64,000 bases of DNA, taken from contig NC_058368.1 of NCBI RefSeq assembly GCF_018350175.1, forward strand, positions 111,726,001-111,790,000, written 5' to 3'. The stretch comes from Felis catus. Lineage: Eukaryota. Under the pieces are notes generated by a model, which was given only the letters and a program-made list of their open reading frames with translations, did not search any database and was not told the DNA's origin. Shown here piece by piece: positions 1-12,200 of the stretch (position 1 is its first letter; each line of letters opens with the position of its first letter). The position numbers were made by a program, and so were the translations under genes.

Positions 1-1379
1 AGGTGGGGCCTGAGCTGAGATCTGGAGTGAGGAGCCAAGTAGGCAGTGCGGCATTTGGTTTGGGCTTCCCAGCTCTGTAGAGTGGTTGCTGGGGGGTCTG
101 CCTCCCCGTTCAGACCAAGGGTTGGAGGTCCCACGGGAGAGGCACTGGTCCTCTCTGGCGTCTGTCCCTTCTCGTCCCCTTCTCTATTTTATTCTTTCCA
201 CTTTCCTTAAGAAATTGATGTAATGAAGACGGTCAGACCCCAGTATGCGACTTCCACACCCCAGATCTAGATTCCCCTCCCCCCACTCCGCAGGCATGTC
301 CCAGGGGCCACGTGCCCCTGCTCGCGAATCTGGGCATCTCAAACAGGCACTTGGCTCTGACCTGGTTATTTAACAAATTCATTTGGGGGCGAACTCAGAG
401 ATGAGGATCGGAGGAGAGAAAGAATTGTCTTTTCTTAACTGTCCCCAGGACGCCTTGAGCAGGCTTGGAGGATTCTCGCTAATCTAATCCCTGTCAGAAA
501 AGGAACGATAAAACAATTCAGGCTTTAGAAGCCAAATCCCCTTCCTGCGCTTGCACTGTTTCTGTATCTCTCCCTTCCCATCTCCCCCCGTCTGCAATGA
601 AGCCGAGGTGCCTTTCTCGGTGAGGGTTTCAGTGGATAAAGGATTTCATACTTCGCTCTTTCATTTTTCATATTTAAATTTGCTTTGCTCTCCGGTTTGA
701 CTTTCCACTGACCCTTGAAGAATTGGCGTATTTCAAGGAGGGGGAAGAGATCTCATTATAGGAAATGAGAAAAATGGAGCAGAGTTTTAAAACTTTTAAT
801 GACTAAAACACAGTGTTCCAAATCGGTATTGCATCGGAGTTGAAGTCACTGTTTGGTTACAAGTCTTTTAGGCCTAAACGGGGTTGATGACATCTGTTTA
901 ATTTTAGATGTCTGGAATACATTCTGAAAATAATGAAATCCAAATGTATGACCAAATTAGAGAACAATTTTATCTGCGACAAAGAAGTTTTTAAAATAAG
1001 AGCAAACATTTCGACCAAAGTTTTAAAAGACCCATCAAACCTTTGGTCATCTTGCCTTGACTTTTCCCAGTGGATCTCCACGGTTGAGAGAACTTTCCTT
1101 TCCTTTTTGTGTGAATCAGACGTTATTAAGTAATTTTATACCCATTTTCCTATCCTTTCTCTGGGCGTGCGCCCTGCTCTGTGCTGCCAGCCCTGGAGAG
1201 ACCTTGTTTAGGGGAGTGAGGAACCTTTCCCAGGAAATCTCTCTTGGTGAAGCATAGGGCTCAGGTCACAGACACTCAAGGGCCACTTGTTAGCTGTTCC
1301 CTAATAAGCTGAGCAACCTGGGAGGGGCCTCAGGGAAAACTGAGAAGTGCAAAGGCCTTGCTGATGGAGGAGGGTCCTA

Positions 1380-1450
1380 CACTGGTCATGTGCTGTGTGA
1401 CTGGGGCAGATCCCTGACCCTCTCTGGGCCTCACTTCTTCCATCTGTGTG
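1380..1450 (+). mobile_element. MIR SINE core fragment
   Basis: GCTGTGTGACTGGGGCAGATCCCTGACCCTCTCTGGGCCTCACTTCTTCCATCTGT resembles the MIR core. Confidence 0.5.
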
Positions 1451-2949
1451 AGCAGCTCAGGATTCTGGGAGCCTTGTTGTGCTGGCTTCTCTGCTGGTAG
1501 GTTCTGTTGTGGTGAGAACCCCTTCCTGTTGGGAGGTGTTCCGGATAGTTCTTCTCCCACTTCCTAGGAGCCCAGCACCTAGGCCGATAGGGAGACTGCC
1601 CATGTGAGTCTCCTTGTAGGCAGACAGACACCCCCATGTCTACTCTACACACTGGTAGATCCAGTGTGTAGACAACTCCTCCATCCTTGGCAAGACTTTC
1701 ATGTATAGACAGTAAGTGAATTATGGTCGCAGTTTTACCTGAAGTCTTAAAATACTTGGCTGCTTGGCAAGGTCATTCTGCCTTTCCTGGGTGTTTGCAC
1801 CTTCCAAACATCTATAGACTCTTATCTCCCTGCCTTGTCCCCTTGCTCCAGGGTCAGCTCAAGTCCTCCCCTGAGAACGAGCCCCTTGTCTCTTGAGTTC
1901 CCCCAGTGCCTCTGCCGAGTGCTGTTGGGCCAGGCTCAGCCGGCCCAGGGTCAGCTTCCTGGACCATCGTCTACACATTTCACTCATGGCTTGGGCTTGT
2001 CTTGCTTCCCAAAGACAGGAGAAGGTTTCCCAAGTGTTTGCCTTTGACCTGTGACCACAGAAAAGCCTGGAAATGGGGATTATAAGCCTGTGGTGCTTGG
2101 GCTTAAAGGCCTGGGGTGAAGCTTGGGCTTAGTGAAGGCTCTGGGCCCGCTGCCGTCTGTGGAAACGAGCAGGTTGAGATGTTGGCTGCTGTAGGCAGAT
2201 GACAGATGGACAGATAATGCTCAGGTGAGTCCTGGCCTGTCCAGAATGTTGGGCTGGGTCTGTACCTTTTGTCCGTTAGCCCCTTGCTTGTGCCATCTGG
2301 CTGCTTCTCAGGACTTGATTTTGTGGTCAGTGTCCCCCCTCACCCCTTAGGAGGCATCATTGCCTGTGATCTGGGCACGATCGAAGGTTGGCGTGATGGC
2401 AGGTATATTTGCTACATTCCTGGGAACTCTCAGAGCCCCCATGGTCAAAAGGCATGGACTCTGTTACCTCAAGGACAGTGGGCTGAAATCAGCAAGAAGG
2501 AATTCTGGAGGGGACAGAGCCGCCCCTCTGACGACAGGTAATTGGTAAGAAATGTGAGGTGGGAATTTCATTTAGGTCTGGGGGCTGGTGGACAGAGAGC
2601 ATGGCGCCCTGGGATGGGGGTCAAGAGACCTGGCCCCTGCTCCACGTGACCGTGAGTGGGCCACGCGCCTTGCTGGGCCTCAGCTCAAACTCTGTACAAT
2701 GTGAAGTCAATACCAACCTGATAGGCTCACGGGGGAGCCCGGATAATAAATTAGAGTGGAAAATAATGATAAAGATGGCATTTCATGAAGGCCCAGACAA
2801 GCGTGAGGTGTTTTCAGTTGTGTTGGTACTAGTAGAGATTTATAAGGAGTAGTGAGATGATGATAAGTTCATCCTTACTGTTGTTGTTGTTGTTGTTTTT
2901 AACCCATTCGGGACGTTGGGGTTGAAAGAACGTGGAAGTAGGAGGCAGG

Positions 2950-3045
2950 CCTTTGGATTTCCTGGTTTCTTGTACCTAACTCTCTGTGTGGCTTTGGGCG
3001 AGTCCTGCCTGTCTTTGGGTCTTAGTGGCCCTGTCTGTAAAGAGA
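2950..3045 (+). mobile_element. MIR fragment
   Basis: CTGTGTGGCTTTGGGCGAGTC...CTGTCTGTAAA, a degenerate MIR core. Confidence 0.45.
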
Positions 3046-3554
3046 GGTCTGTAGTTCCCATTCTTCTTTCTCCACCGGGCCACTCACAAGGTGGCAGGGT
3101 GGCATGAGCCAGTGATTTTGCAGCCTGGAAGCACCGTGGGGGTGGGTTGGGCTGGCATTGATCGCCGCAGTTGCTGGAAAGGGCATCCAGGCCAAGATAT
3201 CTTGATGCAAATCCAAGGGCCAGTGCTGGCCTTGGGGACTGTTCTGAGCTGGACGTTCTGCCGTGGCCCAGGTGTACCCTGTCAAGTAACTAGGCTGTGG
3301 GGCTCAGCCCCTCACTCTGTCTGGAGTCAGGGGCTGAGTGGACCAGAGGTTTGTCAGTGTGGCTGTAATTACAGCTCGTGCTGGGCAGGCATTACGCGTA
3401 GCTTAGTGTTCTCACCATGGCGTAGTGAGTTCACAGCGTCAAGGTTGGGTCTGGCTGCTTGGTAGACTGAAGGCATAAGGAGGCATAGGCACGTTTTGCC
3501 AGATGTGAATCAGAAGGCAGCCCTGGGGGCCAGGCGTGGTGCTGTTTCATTGTT

Positions 3555-3900
3555 TGGTTTTGTTGTACCAGACTGTAGTTTTCTGAGCAGTTTTATGTTC
3601 ACATCAGATTTGAGGGGAAGATCCAGAGAGCTCCCCCATACCACCCCCACCCCCCAGAGGCATAGTCTCCCCTGTTATCCACCTCCCTGATCAGGGTGGG
3701 ACCTTTGTGACAACCGATGAACATTCACTGACCCATGATGATCACCCAAAGTCCACTGTTTGCATTAGGGTTCGCTCTTGGTGTTGTCCATTCTCTGGGT
3801 TTGGACAAACCTGTGATAACACGTATCCTCCGTTATCATATTGTATAGAGTACTTTCAGCTCCCTAAAAAGCCTCTGTGGTGTTCACCTCTGCCCCCCAC
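3555..3900 (-). mobile_element. Old L1 3' end fragment (L1MC-like)
   Basis: GAGCAGTTTTATGTTCACA...ATCACCCAAAGTCCACTGTTTGCATTAGGGTTCGCTCTTGGTGTTGTCCATTCT matches the antisense L1MC 3' UTR. Confidence 0.75.
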
Positions 3901-4257
3901 CTGCAATTGATCTTATTGTCTTGGGAGAGGTGAAAGGCCCTTGGCTGTAACATATGGGCCCTGCCTGTGTGACTCCAGAGCTGGTGCTTCTGAGCATAAG
4001 GCTGCCGGCTTGGCGGGTAGTCCCCAGGCCCAGGGCAGGTGTGGCCCAGGGCAGCTCGGGCAGGGGAGAGGTGGAGCGTTGGCCCAGGCTATGATTCTTT
4101 CTCCCCTTCTCTGTCACCCATTAACTCTGACATAATAAGGACATTGATCGCCACCATATGGATGCTGGGCCTCATGGGAAAGGCCAGGGTCTTGGGGGAG
4201 GTTGGGTGGGTGGTGGGCGGAGAGATGGGGAGATGGGAAGAGGCGATCCTTCACATC

Positions 4258-5845
4258 ATGGTGACTGAGCATCACGTCTGCACCAGGGACTGTGCTAAAT
4301 GCTGGAGATACTGCAGTAAGCATGACAGATGAAGTCCCTGGCTCCCAGGGCTCATATTCTGGTGAGGGACACAGCACAAACATATATAAATAAATACGAA
4401 AAGTTGTCAGTTGTGACATATACACTGTAGAACATTAAAATTGGGTGATGTGATGGTGAACTCTTTTAAACTGGGTGGTTAGGGACAGTGTCCCCGAGGA
4501 GGGGACAGTTCAGTGGAGATCTGTGTACCAAGGGGTCAGCTGTGAGAAAATCAGGGAAAAGCATTACAGGCAGATGAACCCACAAGTGCAAAGGGTTGGA
4601 ATAATCCTGGTGTGTTGAAGATGTAGCATGGACAATGCAGTTGGATTTAGGAACCAAGAAGAGAGCGGTAAATGAGGGTACAGGCGAGGGAGAGTGTAGA
4701 CCTTATGGGGCTATACAGGGTAATGTCTGGGAGTTTGGATACGATTCCAAGTATAATGGGAAGCTCCGGTGGTGATAGTGGTGGTGTGATTGGATTTGTG
4801 TTCTAAAAAAATCCCTCTGACCACAGAATGGACCGTGGATTGCAGGGAGCTAAAGTGAAGACAGGAGATCGGTTAGGCTAGTACAGGAGTGTAGGCGCAA
4901 AAGGATGGTGCTGTAGGCTAGCAGGGCGCTGTGTGGGCAGAGAAGTGGGGCATCAGGGTACGTTTTGAAGGTAGAGGTACTAGGATTTTCCCTTGGGTTG
5001 GCACTCCATCGCGGCGTTGTCCGAGCCGAGGATTACTCCCAATTTCGCTCCTTCCCTCAGCCCCACAGCCATTCCTGAGATGGGGAGAGGAGGAAGAGCA
5101 GGCTCAGGTGAGAGGCAGTTGGGGGTGTGGCTTGGGACTTGGTAAGTTCGAGAGCCCTATCACTCATATAAGTGCCGCTGTCAAGGTGGCTGTTGTGAGC
5201 GTGGAGCCACGAGGAGGGTCGGGCTGGAAATCGATACCCACTGTCGCTGGCTTGGTGGTGGCATTTACAGTCAGACACCGGGAGGAGGTGGTCGGCAGAG
5301 GAGAGGAGAAAAGGGGTTCACAGAGTGAATGCTGTGACTGTGCAGCCCATAGATGTGGGGGGAACCGGCCAGCAGGGGTGCCTGGGAAGGTACAGCCATG
5401 GGCGTGTGGCATTCTGGAAGTCAGGAGGAAAGAAGGACTTGGGGGAATGGCCGATGTCAGGTGGGGACGCAGTGATGAATCCTGCCCGGTCAGGGCAGAG
5501 AAGACAGGGTGCCATGGATGACGATGTGCCAGGCATGTGCCCATGGATAGGCCACACAGCTCTTGAGTCGTTTTGCCAAAATACGAAGCGGAAAATCGGG
5601 GTGGCAGCTTGAAGGGGATGTATGAGTCAAGGCAGCATTTTCGAGACACAGGAGACATTCCAGCAAATTTGTATGCTGTATGGTGATGCGGATGGGAGGA
5701 GCTGATGGTTCTTAGGGGAGAGGGGACACTGATAGGAGCCACATCCCTGCCAGGGTTTGGGAGGTGGGACTTGGTGTGCAAAAGCAGGAGTGGGTGGTGA
5801 ATAAGAGCAAGTGTACTTTCTTCAGGCCCAGTCACTGTAGGGAAG
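4258..5845 (-). mobile_element. L2 LINE, ~1.6 kb 3' portion
   Basis: Starts with the antisense L2 tail (ACTGAGCATCAC...CAGGGACTGTGCTAAATGCTGGAGATACTGCAGT) and stays collinear with the purine-rich antisense L2 body (GGAGGGGACAGTTCAG, GTTTTGAAGGTAGAG, TTTGTATGCTG). Confidence 0.8.
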
Positions 5846-6314
5846 GCAGAGAGTGTGGAGTCGGTGGAAGAATCCCTATGGTTCTCTGACCCCCAGATGT
5901 CTGTGCCCAGAGCAGACCTCTCTCCTCAACCTTTTGATTCCCCATCTGCCTCCTGATGTCTCCAGCAAAATGCCTCAGAGGATACTTGTCCTTTCCCCCT
6001 GGGGCATCCTGCTTTACCCCCTTTTATGGCCTTCCATGTTTCAGCCCATTCTCCTCCAGCCTCTTATCTCCTTCCTCCAGGGAGCCTCCGGGATTACCTT
6101 AGTCCACAGTGCCTTTTCCCCTGATTGGGCTGCTGGGGCCCTCAAGATCCAGGACCCAGATACACCTCTGGTCACTAGGCCTCCAGAGACCTGGGAGGGA
6201 CGTACTTTCATCACCCCTGGGAGGGATGCTGCCTTGTCATGTCTTGGGTGCCATTGTTGTGAAGTCCTCTGCAGCTAGGGAGCAGGCCTTTGGTTTGTGG
6301 AGAGAGAAGAGATT

Positions 6315-6530
6315 GAGGGTTTGGGTTCCAGAGTCTCACTCCCCTGGATTCAAATTAGAGGTCCTTGCTAGTTGTACAACCTTTGGCAGATTTTTAGAAG
6401 CCTCTCTGACCTCAGTTTCCTCATCTGTAAGGTCAGGTTAATAGGACTTAACTCCCTGGTTATTGATGCTGGTTAATTGAGCTGACACACATAAACGGTG
6501 CCTGGCACATTATCAGCACTCAACCAATAG
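6315..6530 (+). mobile_element. MIR SINE
   Basis: CCTCTCTGACCTCAGTTTCCTCATCTGTAA core and GTGCCTGGCACAT tail. Confidence 0.75.
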
Positions 6531-6564
6531 CATCATCATAACGATTAATATGTTATTTTTTCCC

Positions 6565-6740
6565 CTACTATTTGTTCAGTGGGACCTTAGGGAAGTCACT
6601 TGACCTTCCCATGCCTCAGTTTCTTCATCTGAAAACTGGAGATAGTCATGGTGTCCTCCTTAGGGGGCCATTGAACTTACTGAGCCGAAATGTGCAAAGA
6701 GTTTAATCCAACAGCTGGCACATAGTAGGTGTTCAAGAAG
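6565..6740 (+). mobile_element. MIR SINE
   Basis: GACCTTAGGGAAGTCACTTGACC...GCCTCAGTTTCTTCATCTGAAAA and CTGGCACATAGTAGGTGTTCAA tail. Confidence 0.75.
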
Positions 6741-8259
6741 AAGAGCTTGCTGCTGGTGACGATGGTGGTGGTGGTAATTATCCCTCGCATTCCCATGTCC
6801 CCTGCTGAACCCCTGCTGGGGCTGTGGAGCTGGTTGCCTGGGGGGTCCTGCCCCCTCTGCCATGCTCAGGCCAAGGTGCCCCCCCACCCCCACGCCTGCT
6901 CCCCCAAGGCTCAGCTGTTCATGCTTGGTTTTTCACCCTTCCCCACGAACCCATTCATCTCTGAGTCTCTGTAAGGTTACAAGGCTTTGAAAATTAATTT
7001 AAAAAAATTATACTCTTCTGACCCTTTAAACTTGATTTTAAACCTTCTTAGTGCTGTAATGAAGCCCAGGCTATTTGGGGCATTTTGAAGGAGTGTGGCT
7101 GACAGTGCCTTTTTAATTTACATAGAAACCTGGGAACACACATGGACCCAAATATGTATCTGTATAATTAAGGATAAAAATCATAATCCCCTAAGCGAGC
7201 TCTGCTAGTGAGCATCAGGTTTAATAGGGATTATGAGGAGGAATTAAAGTTGCCCAAGGGGTGCACCGAGAGACTTCAAACACCTTTCGGAAAACAAATT
7301 AACGTGCTTTTCAGAAATCATTTTCCAAGGGCGGCAGAGGGTTTTCCTCGGGCTTCCCTGTTTTCTTTTGAGATGTATTTTTAACACTTGTATAAACAGT
7401 TTGGGCCCTTGATATGGGGCTTCCTGTGCTCCTTTCATTAGCTGGTGTCTCAGCAAGAATTCGGCTCATTATCCGGGACATTTTGATTTCCCTGGCCGCT
7501 GTTGCTGGTGCTGCTGCTGCTGGGCCCAGCCTGGGGCCATCCTATTTTCTTTACTATTGCCTAGTGGTGTGGAACCAGTTGGTTTGTGGCTTGGCTTGTT
7601 TCTCTGTCTTCCCACCCCAGCCCGGCTTCCCAGAGGTGCTCTCAGTTCCCTGGAGGATGGGACTTCTCAGGCAGGGGGCAGTGGCTGGGAGGTGGGAGGC
7701 TGGACCTACCTCAGGATCATGTGAGAAGTTGGCCGAATCGGCCTTCATCACCCAGGCTCCACTGGCCCCTTTGTTTATTTCCCCTTCCCCTTCCCTCAGG
7801 TGCATCTGCAGTGGACTATGTGGCCTCTACAGGTACTGAGTTCCCCATCACTGGAGGTGTTCAAGCGCTATCCTGGCTTAGGTTATGAGGGAATCTGTGC
7901 CCAGCTATAGAGCAGACCTGGATGGTCCTTAAAGTCCCTTGTGAATCTGAGATTCTGCAGTTTACACTTTACACATGGATTTGGGCAGGGCTTTGCTGAA
8001 CCTTTACAGCAACAAGGGTACGCAGCACTGGGCTCTGAACAGTCACTGTTGGTGACCCCCTGTTCTGCTGTCCTTGCTTGGGGCGAAGGAGAATATGGTG
8101 CTCTCGTCTCTTCTGGAGGTTTCAGATTTATGCTCAGTTACAGGATTTCCTTTAGAAATTTGATCCTGTAGGGCCTCAGAACAAAAATTCCAAATTGGGT
8201 CTACCTAGGTTCCCTTTTAAAGCTCACTTTCTTCCTTTGCAAAACGGGAGTGATAAATG

Positions 8260-8430
8260 ATAATAGCTAACACGTATTAAGTGCTTCCTGTGTGCCTGAC
8301 ATTGCTTACAAGCACTTGTTTGCTTATAACTACTTAGGCAGAGGTAGTATTATTGTCCCCACTCTCTAGAGCAGGACACTGAGACTCAGGGGGGTTAGTA
8401 ACTTAGTCAAGGCCACAACTGGTAAGTGAT
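8260..8430 (-). mobile_element. MIR SINE
   Basis: ATAGCTAACACGTATTAAGTGCTT...TATTATTGTCCCCA...ACTGAGACTCAG...AAGGCCACA, antisense MIR. Confidence 0.7.
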
Positions 8431-8965
8431 GAATAATCACTTCCAATTATTCTAATTAGAACTATTCTAATTTAAATTATTAGAATAGCATCTAATAATC
8501 AGCCTCTGGGGGTCTGCTGAGCCCTTCACAGGAAAGTGGAGGTGCTGCCTTGACCTACCCCGAGTAGAAAGCCAAGTGGGCATTGTCCAGCCATGGGTCT
8601 TGACCTCCTGAGAAGGCTCACAGTAGTGCCTCTCAACTTGGTCAGTGCCTTGGCTAGAGCCAGCAGGGGCCAAGTGGTGACCGTGACATTGCCTTTGCTG
8701 CAGAGGGCAGAGCTCCTGTGAGCTGGCCAGCTGGCAGCATCTGGGCTGGGCTGGTGGGCGTACATCTTCTAGAGGTTTTTCTCGGCTTTGCAAATGGGTT
8801 GGAAGTTGGGGGTGAGCTCTTTGTGGCTGATTCATGGTGAGTTCGCATGAGGCCATGTGCCCACAAGTTGCTTTTACTTCCTGTTACTGTTGGTCAGGTG
8901 CCTGTGAGGCAAGAAGGAGGGAGCTTTTTTATCTGGAAGAGGGGCTCTTAGAAAAGGAGGGAGCA

Positions 8966-9233
8966 GGGGCTCCTGGGTGGCTTAGTCGGTTAAGTGTCTG
9001 ACTTTGGCTCAGGTCATGATCTCACGGTTCGTGAGTTCGAGCCCCGTGTTGGGCTCTGTGCTGACAGCTCAGAGCCTGGGGCCTGCTTCAGATTCTGTGT
9101 CTCCCTCTCTCTCTTCACCCCTCCCTGCTTGTGCCCCCCCTCACTCTTTCTCTGTCAAAAACACATAAATAAATCATATATATATATATATATATGTATA
9201 TGTATATATAGATGTATATACATACACACATAA
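8966..9233 (+). mobile_element. Can-SINE (felid SINEC_Fc type) with (TA)n tail
   Basis: GGGGCTCCTGGGTGGCTTAGTCGGTTAAG head, GTTCGAGCCCC B-box, CT-rich tract; imperfect TSD AGAAAAGGAGGGAGCA (8950-8965) / AGAAAGGTAGGGAGCA (9234-9249). Confidence 0.95.
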
Positions 9234-12200
9234 AGAAAGGTAGGGAGCATATATTTCCCTGATCTGGAGGTGAGGACACGGAGAGGACTTGGCTGGAGTG
9301 CTCATGTAATCCTGCTTCCCATTGGAACTGTGTGTAAATCATCATGCACCCTCTGCGCCCACCCCCGGCCACCCCGGCTGCCTGCTCTGCCCTCACAGGG
9401 GTCTCTGGTCTCTTGTCTTGTGTCAGAGAGCTATGGTCACCAGGAGCGGGCGGCTAAAAGTCAACAGGAGATTTCTGCTGGGTTCACAGGTCTGGCTTCA
9501 CCAAGGAGGTAGGATTTAGATTGAACCTTAAGGCACTGGTGAATTTCTGGCAGCAGGGAACGGGGCACTGTTGTTTCTGAGCACATCCATAGAGCATGCG
9601 CCATGCTAAGCTTTCAACATCCATGCTGTTACTTCATGCTCATGATGGCCCAGTGCTACGTTCTGCCTTTTATTGGTGATGGAACAGAAAGGGGAGATGA
9701 CTTGGCCAGGTCATACAACTGGATCGGAACTCAAGACAGAAGCCTGCCCTTGCTCACTCCCCTAGCAGCTGGGGGCAAGTGTGAGCTATGGCAAGAAGGC
9801 CTGGGAGGACCTGTGGAGGTCCTTCACCTGGGTGACCAGCCGGAGGGGAAGGGTGGGAGGGTGGAGGTGGCACAGTGTGAGGCTGGTGCTGCTGGTGGTG
9901 GTGGCTATGTATGCCCAGAATGTCAAAGTCCTCAGTGGTGTGCTGGGACTGTTTACCAACCAGGTCTCTGGAGGGGTGGGGGGAAAGGAAAGAAAAGGAG
10001 CAAGCAGAAGGCCCTGATGTGAGGTGTTTGCTGATGCCCATGGTATGAATGTTTCCACCTTGGCCAGCTTCGAGTTGCCAGGGTGATGGCAGTGAGCACT
10101 GAGTTCTCCTGAGCCATCAGGAGCTGCCCTCAGCACTTGCAGTGGCCGCATGTCCGTGGTGCTGGTGTTTGGGGTTTATCTGGGAGACAGTAAGAGAGGA
10201 GATGACTCTGTCAGAGCTTTTTATCAAAATGCAACTCTGAGGGTTGTCTAGTGGTGGGAAAAGAGGCTGGAGAAGATGGCCACCTGGGGGAGGCCAGTGC
10301 CGATCCCTGGAGCTGGAGGGGCCGGGACCTAGGGCAGACAGCGGGTGGGGTCCCTGGAAAGGAAGGGCCAGATCCATTCGGTGTAGCTGATGTCTTTGCT
10401 TCTGTCGGAAACCTCGTGGGTCTCTCGCTCCAAACATGTGTGTCTCCGTGGGAGGCTTTTGGAGGCAGTGAGACCTCAGCGCCCCATCTCCCTTTTCCCC
10501 TCCGAGGTCAGGCTGGGCTGTGAGCAGTTTCACACGGGAGTGCTGGGCCTTCTTCTACACGGTCCAGTCCAGTGATTTAACAGCAGCAGCAACAACATTC
10601 CCCCAAGACATGACCTGGGAATTTTCATTTGGGAAAAAAAGATGGTCTTGGAACTAAACCCAGTTGGGGAGTTCAGGGCCAAAGGGCACATCAGAGTTTG
10701 TGCTCAGCTGTGACAGAGGCCCGCTGAGCTGCTGGGACCTCGTTGGGCCTGGGGAGGGATCCACAAAGGCCTTCTGCCCTGACCCGGGTGGTCAAGGAGA
10801 CCGAGGCCAGGGGAGTGTGGCCAGACAGACAGAGCAGCGCTGGCCCAGAACCAGCAGTCAAGGCTTCCTGAGGGAAAGTGGTTCTAGCTGAACTTTGAAG
10901 TGTGGGCAGCATCTGGAAGTGAAGGGGCCCTTCGGGCAGTGTCTGAGGGTGTGTTTGTGGCAATCATCTGCCCCTTACTTGTCAGATCTGTTCCCTGCCT
11001 GGCTCTGTACACAGGGCCTGGCCCCGCAAACTACAATTCCCAGCTCTCCTCGGCAATGGGTTTTGGTTAGGTCTGGCCCGTTGGATGCACCAACAGGAGA
11101 ATGGAGGGGCAGGAGGAGGGGAGAGGAAGGGGCACTTCTCCCCCCCCCCCACCCCCGCCCCTCTCTGGCTTGGGAATCCAGCAGCAGTGTCTCCTCTGTG
11201 GCTCTGATGTCACTGTCTCACGTCTCCTCACAGTCTGGCTTCCTCAGCCTGACGAGGCCTCCTCCCCAACAGCCCTGGCTTCTGGGCTCTGGAAGCGCTT
11301 CCTCCTAGTTTTCCTCCAGCCCTGGGGTTGGTGCTGGCTTTCTCTTGCTACTGCTGGTCTTTGCATCACCTCACTGTCCCCTGCTCGTCTTGCAGCTCTG
11401 TAACCAGGTCACTGTGATGGCTTACTGGGCCTTGGCTGTGGGCTTTGCTGCCTTGACTGGCTCCTGACTGATCTCTGGGAAGAGACAAGGGGGCAGGAGA
11501 AGCCTCCCGGTGGGTGGGGTGTGTATCTTCCCCCCATCTTGCTCTTGGGTCAGACGGCCAAATCTGATGCCCAGCGACCTTCCAACTCAGTCTCTGCCTG
11601 TCTGGGCCCCCGACCCCTGAGCTTTCAGGGACTTCCAAACCTGATTCCAAGGCCACTGTCTGCTGGAGGCCTGGTACCTGGCTCCAGAGGCCTGTTATCA
11701 TGTGGTTCCCTCATTCATGGGGTCAGAGCTACATACTGACTGGCTGGCTTTCATTCTTGCCCGACCCCCCTTGCTGACCCTGCCCTGACCTGCTCAGGTC
11801 GGAGGGACCTCGGACCTCTGGCCCAGGTCTCTCATTCTGTAGCTCCTCAGGAGCCCATATCTCAGTGGGAAGAAAGGGTGAGGCTGGAATTCTGTCTTGT
11901 GAAGGGGAAACACCTGCCCAGAGTTACGCAGCAGGGACAGGAGGCTCAGCCGTGGTAGACTTTCAGGCCACAGCGTGTCCCCCGGGGCTTCCAGGGAACA
12001 AAGCTGGGAAATCGCAGTCTAGTCCCTGCTTGCATTTCATGTGAAGATACGGGGGTCTGAGAGGAGCAAGAACTTTGCCAGAGTCACTCTGAGCCAGTGG
12101 TAGAGCGAGAGCTCAGGCTATGCTATGTCCGCCTGGCGCCTGGCGGGCATGCTTCCGCGTCCTCAGCGGCTTCAGGAAGTACCATGGGATGGGCCAGATG

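Noticed and set aside
4931..5835. 196-aa (+) and 223-aa (-) ORFs
   Set aside because: They lie inside a decayed L2, have no recognisable domain and overlap on both strands
8966..9060. tRNA-like A/B boxes here and in the other SINE heads
   Set aside because: They are the tRNA-derived heads of Can-SINEs, not tRNA genes
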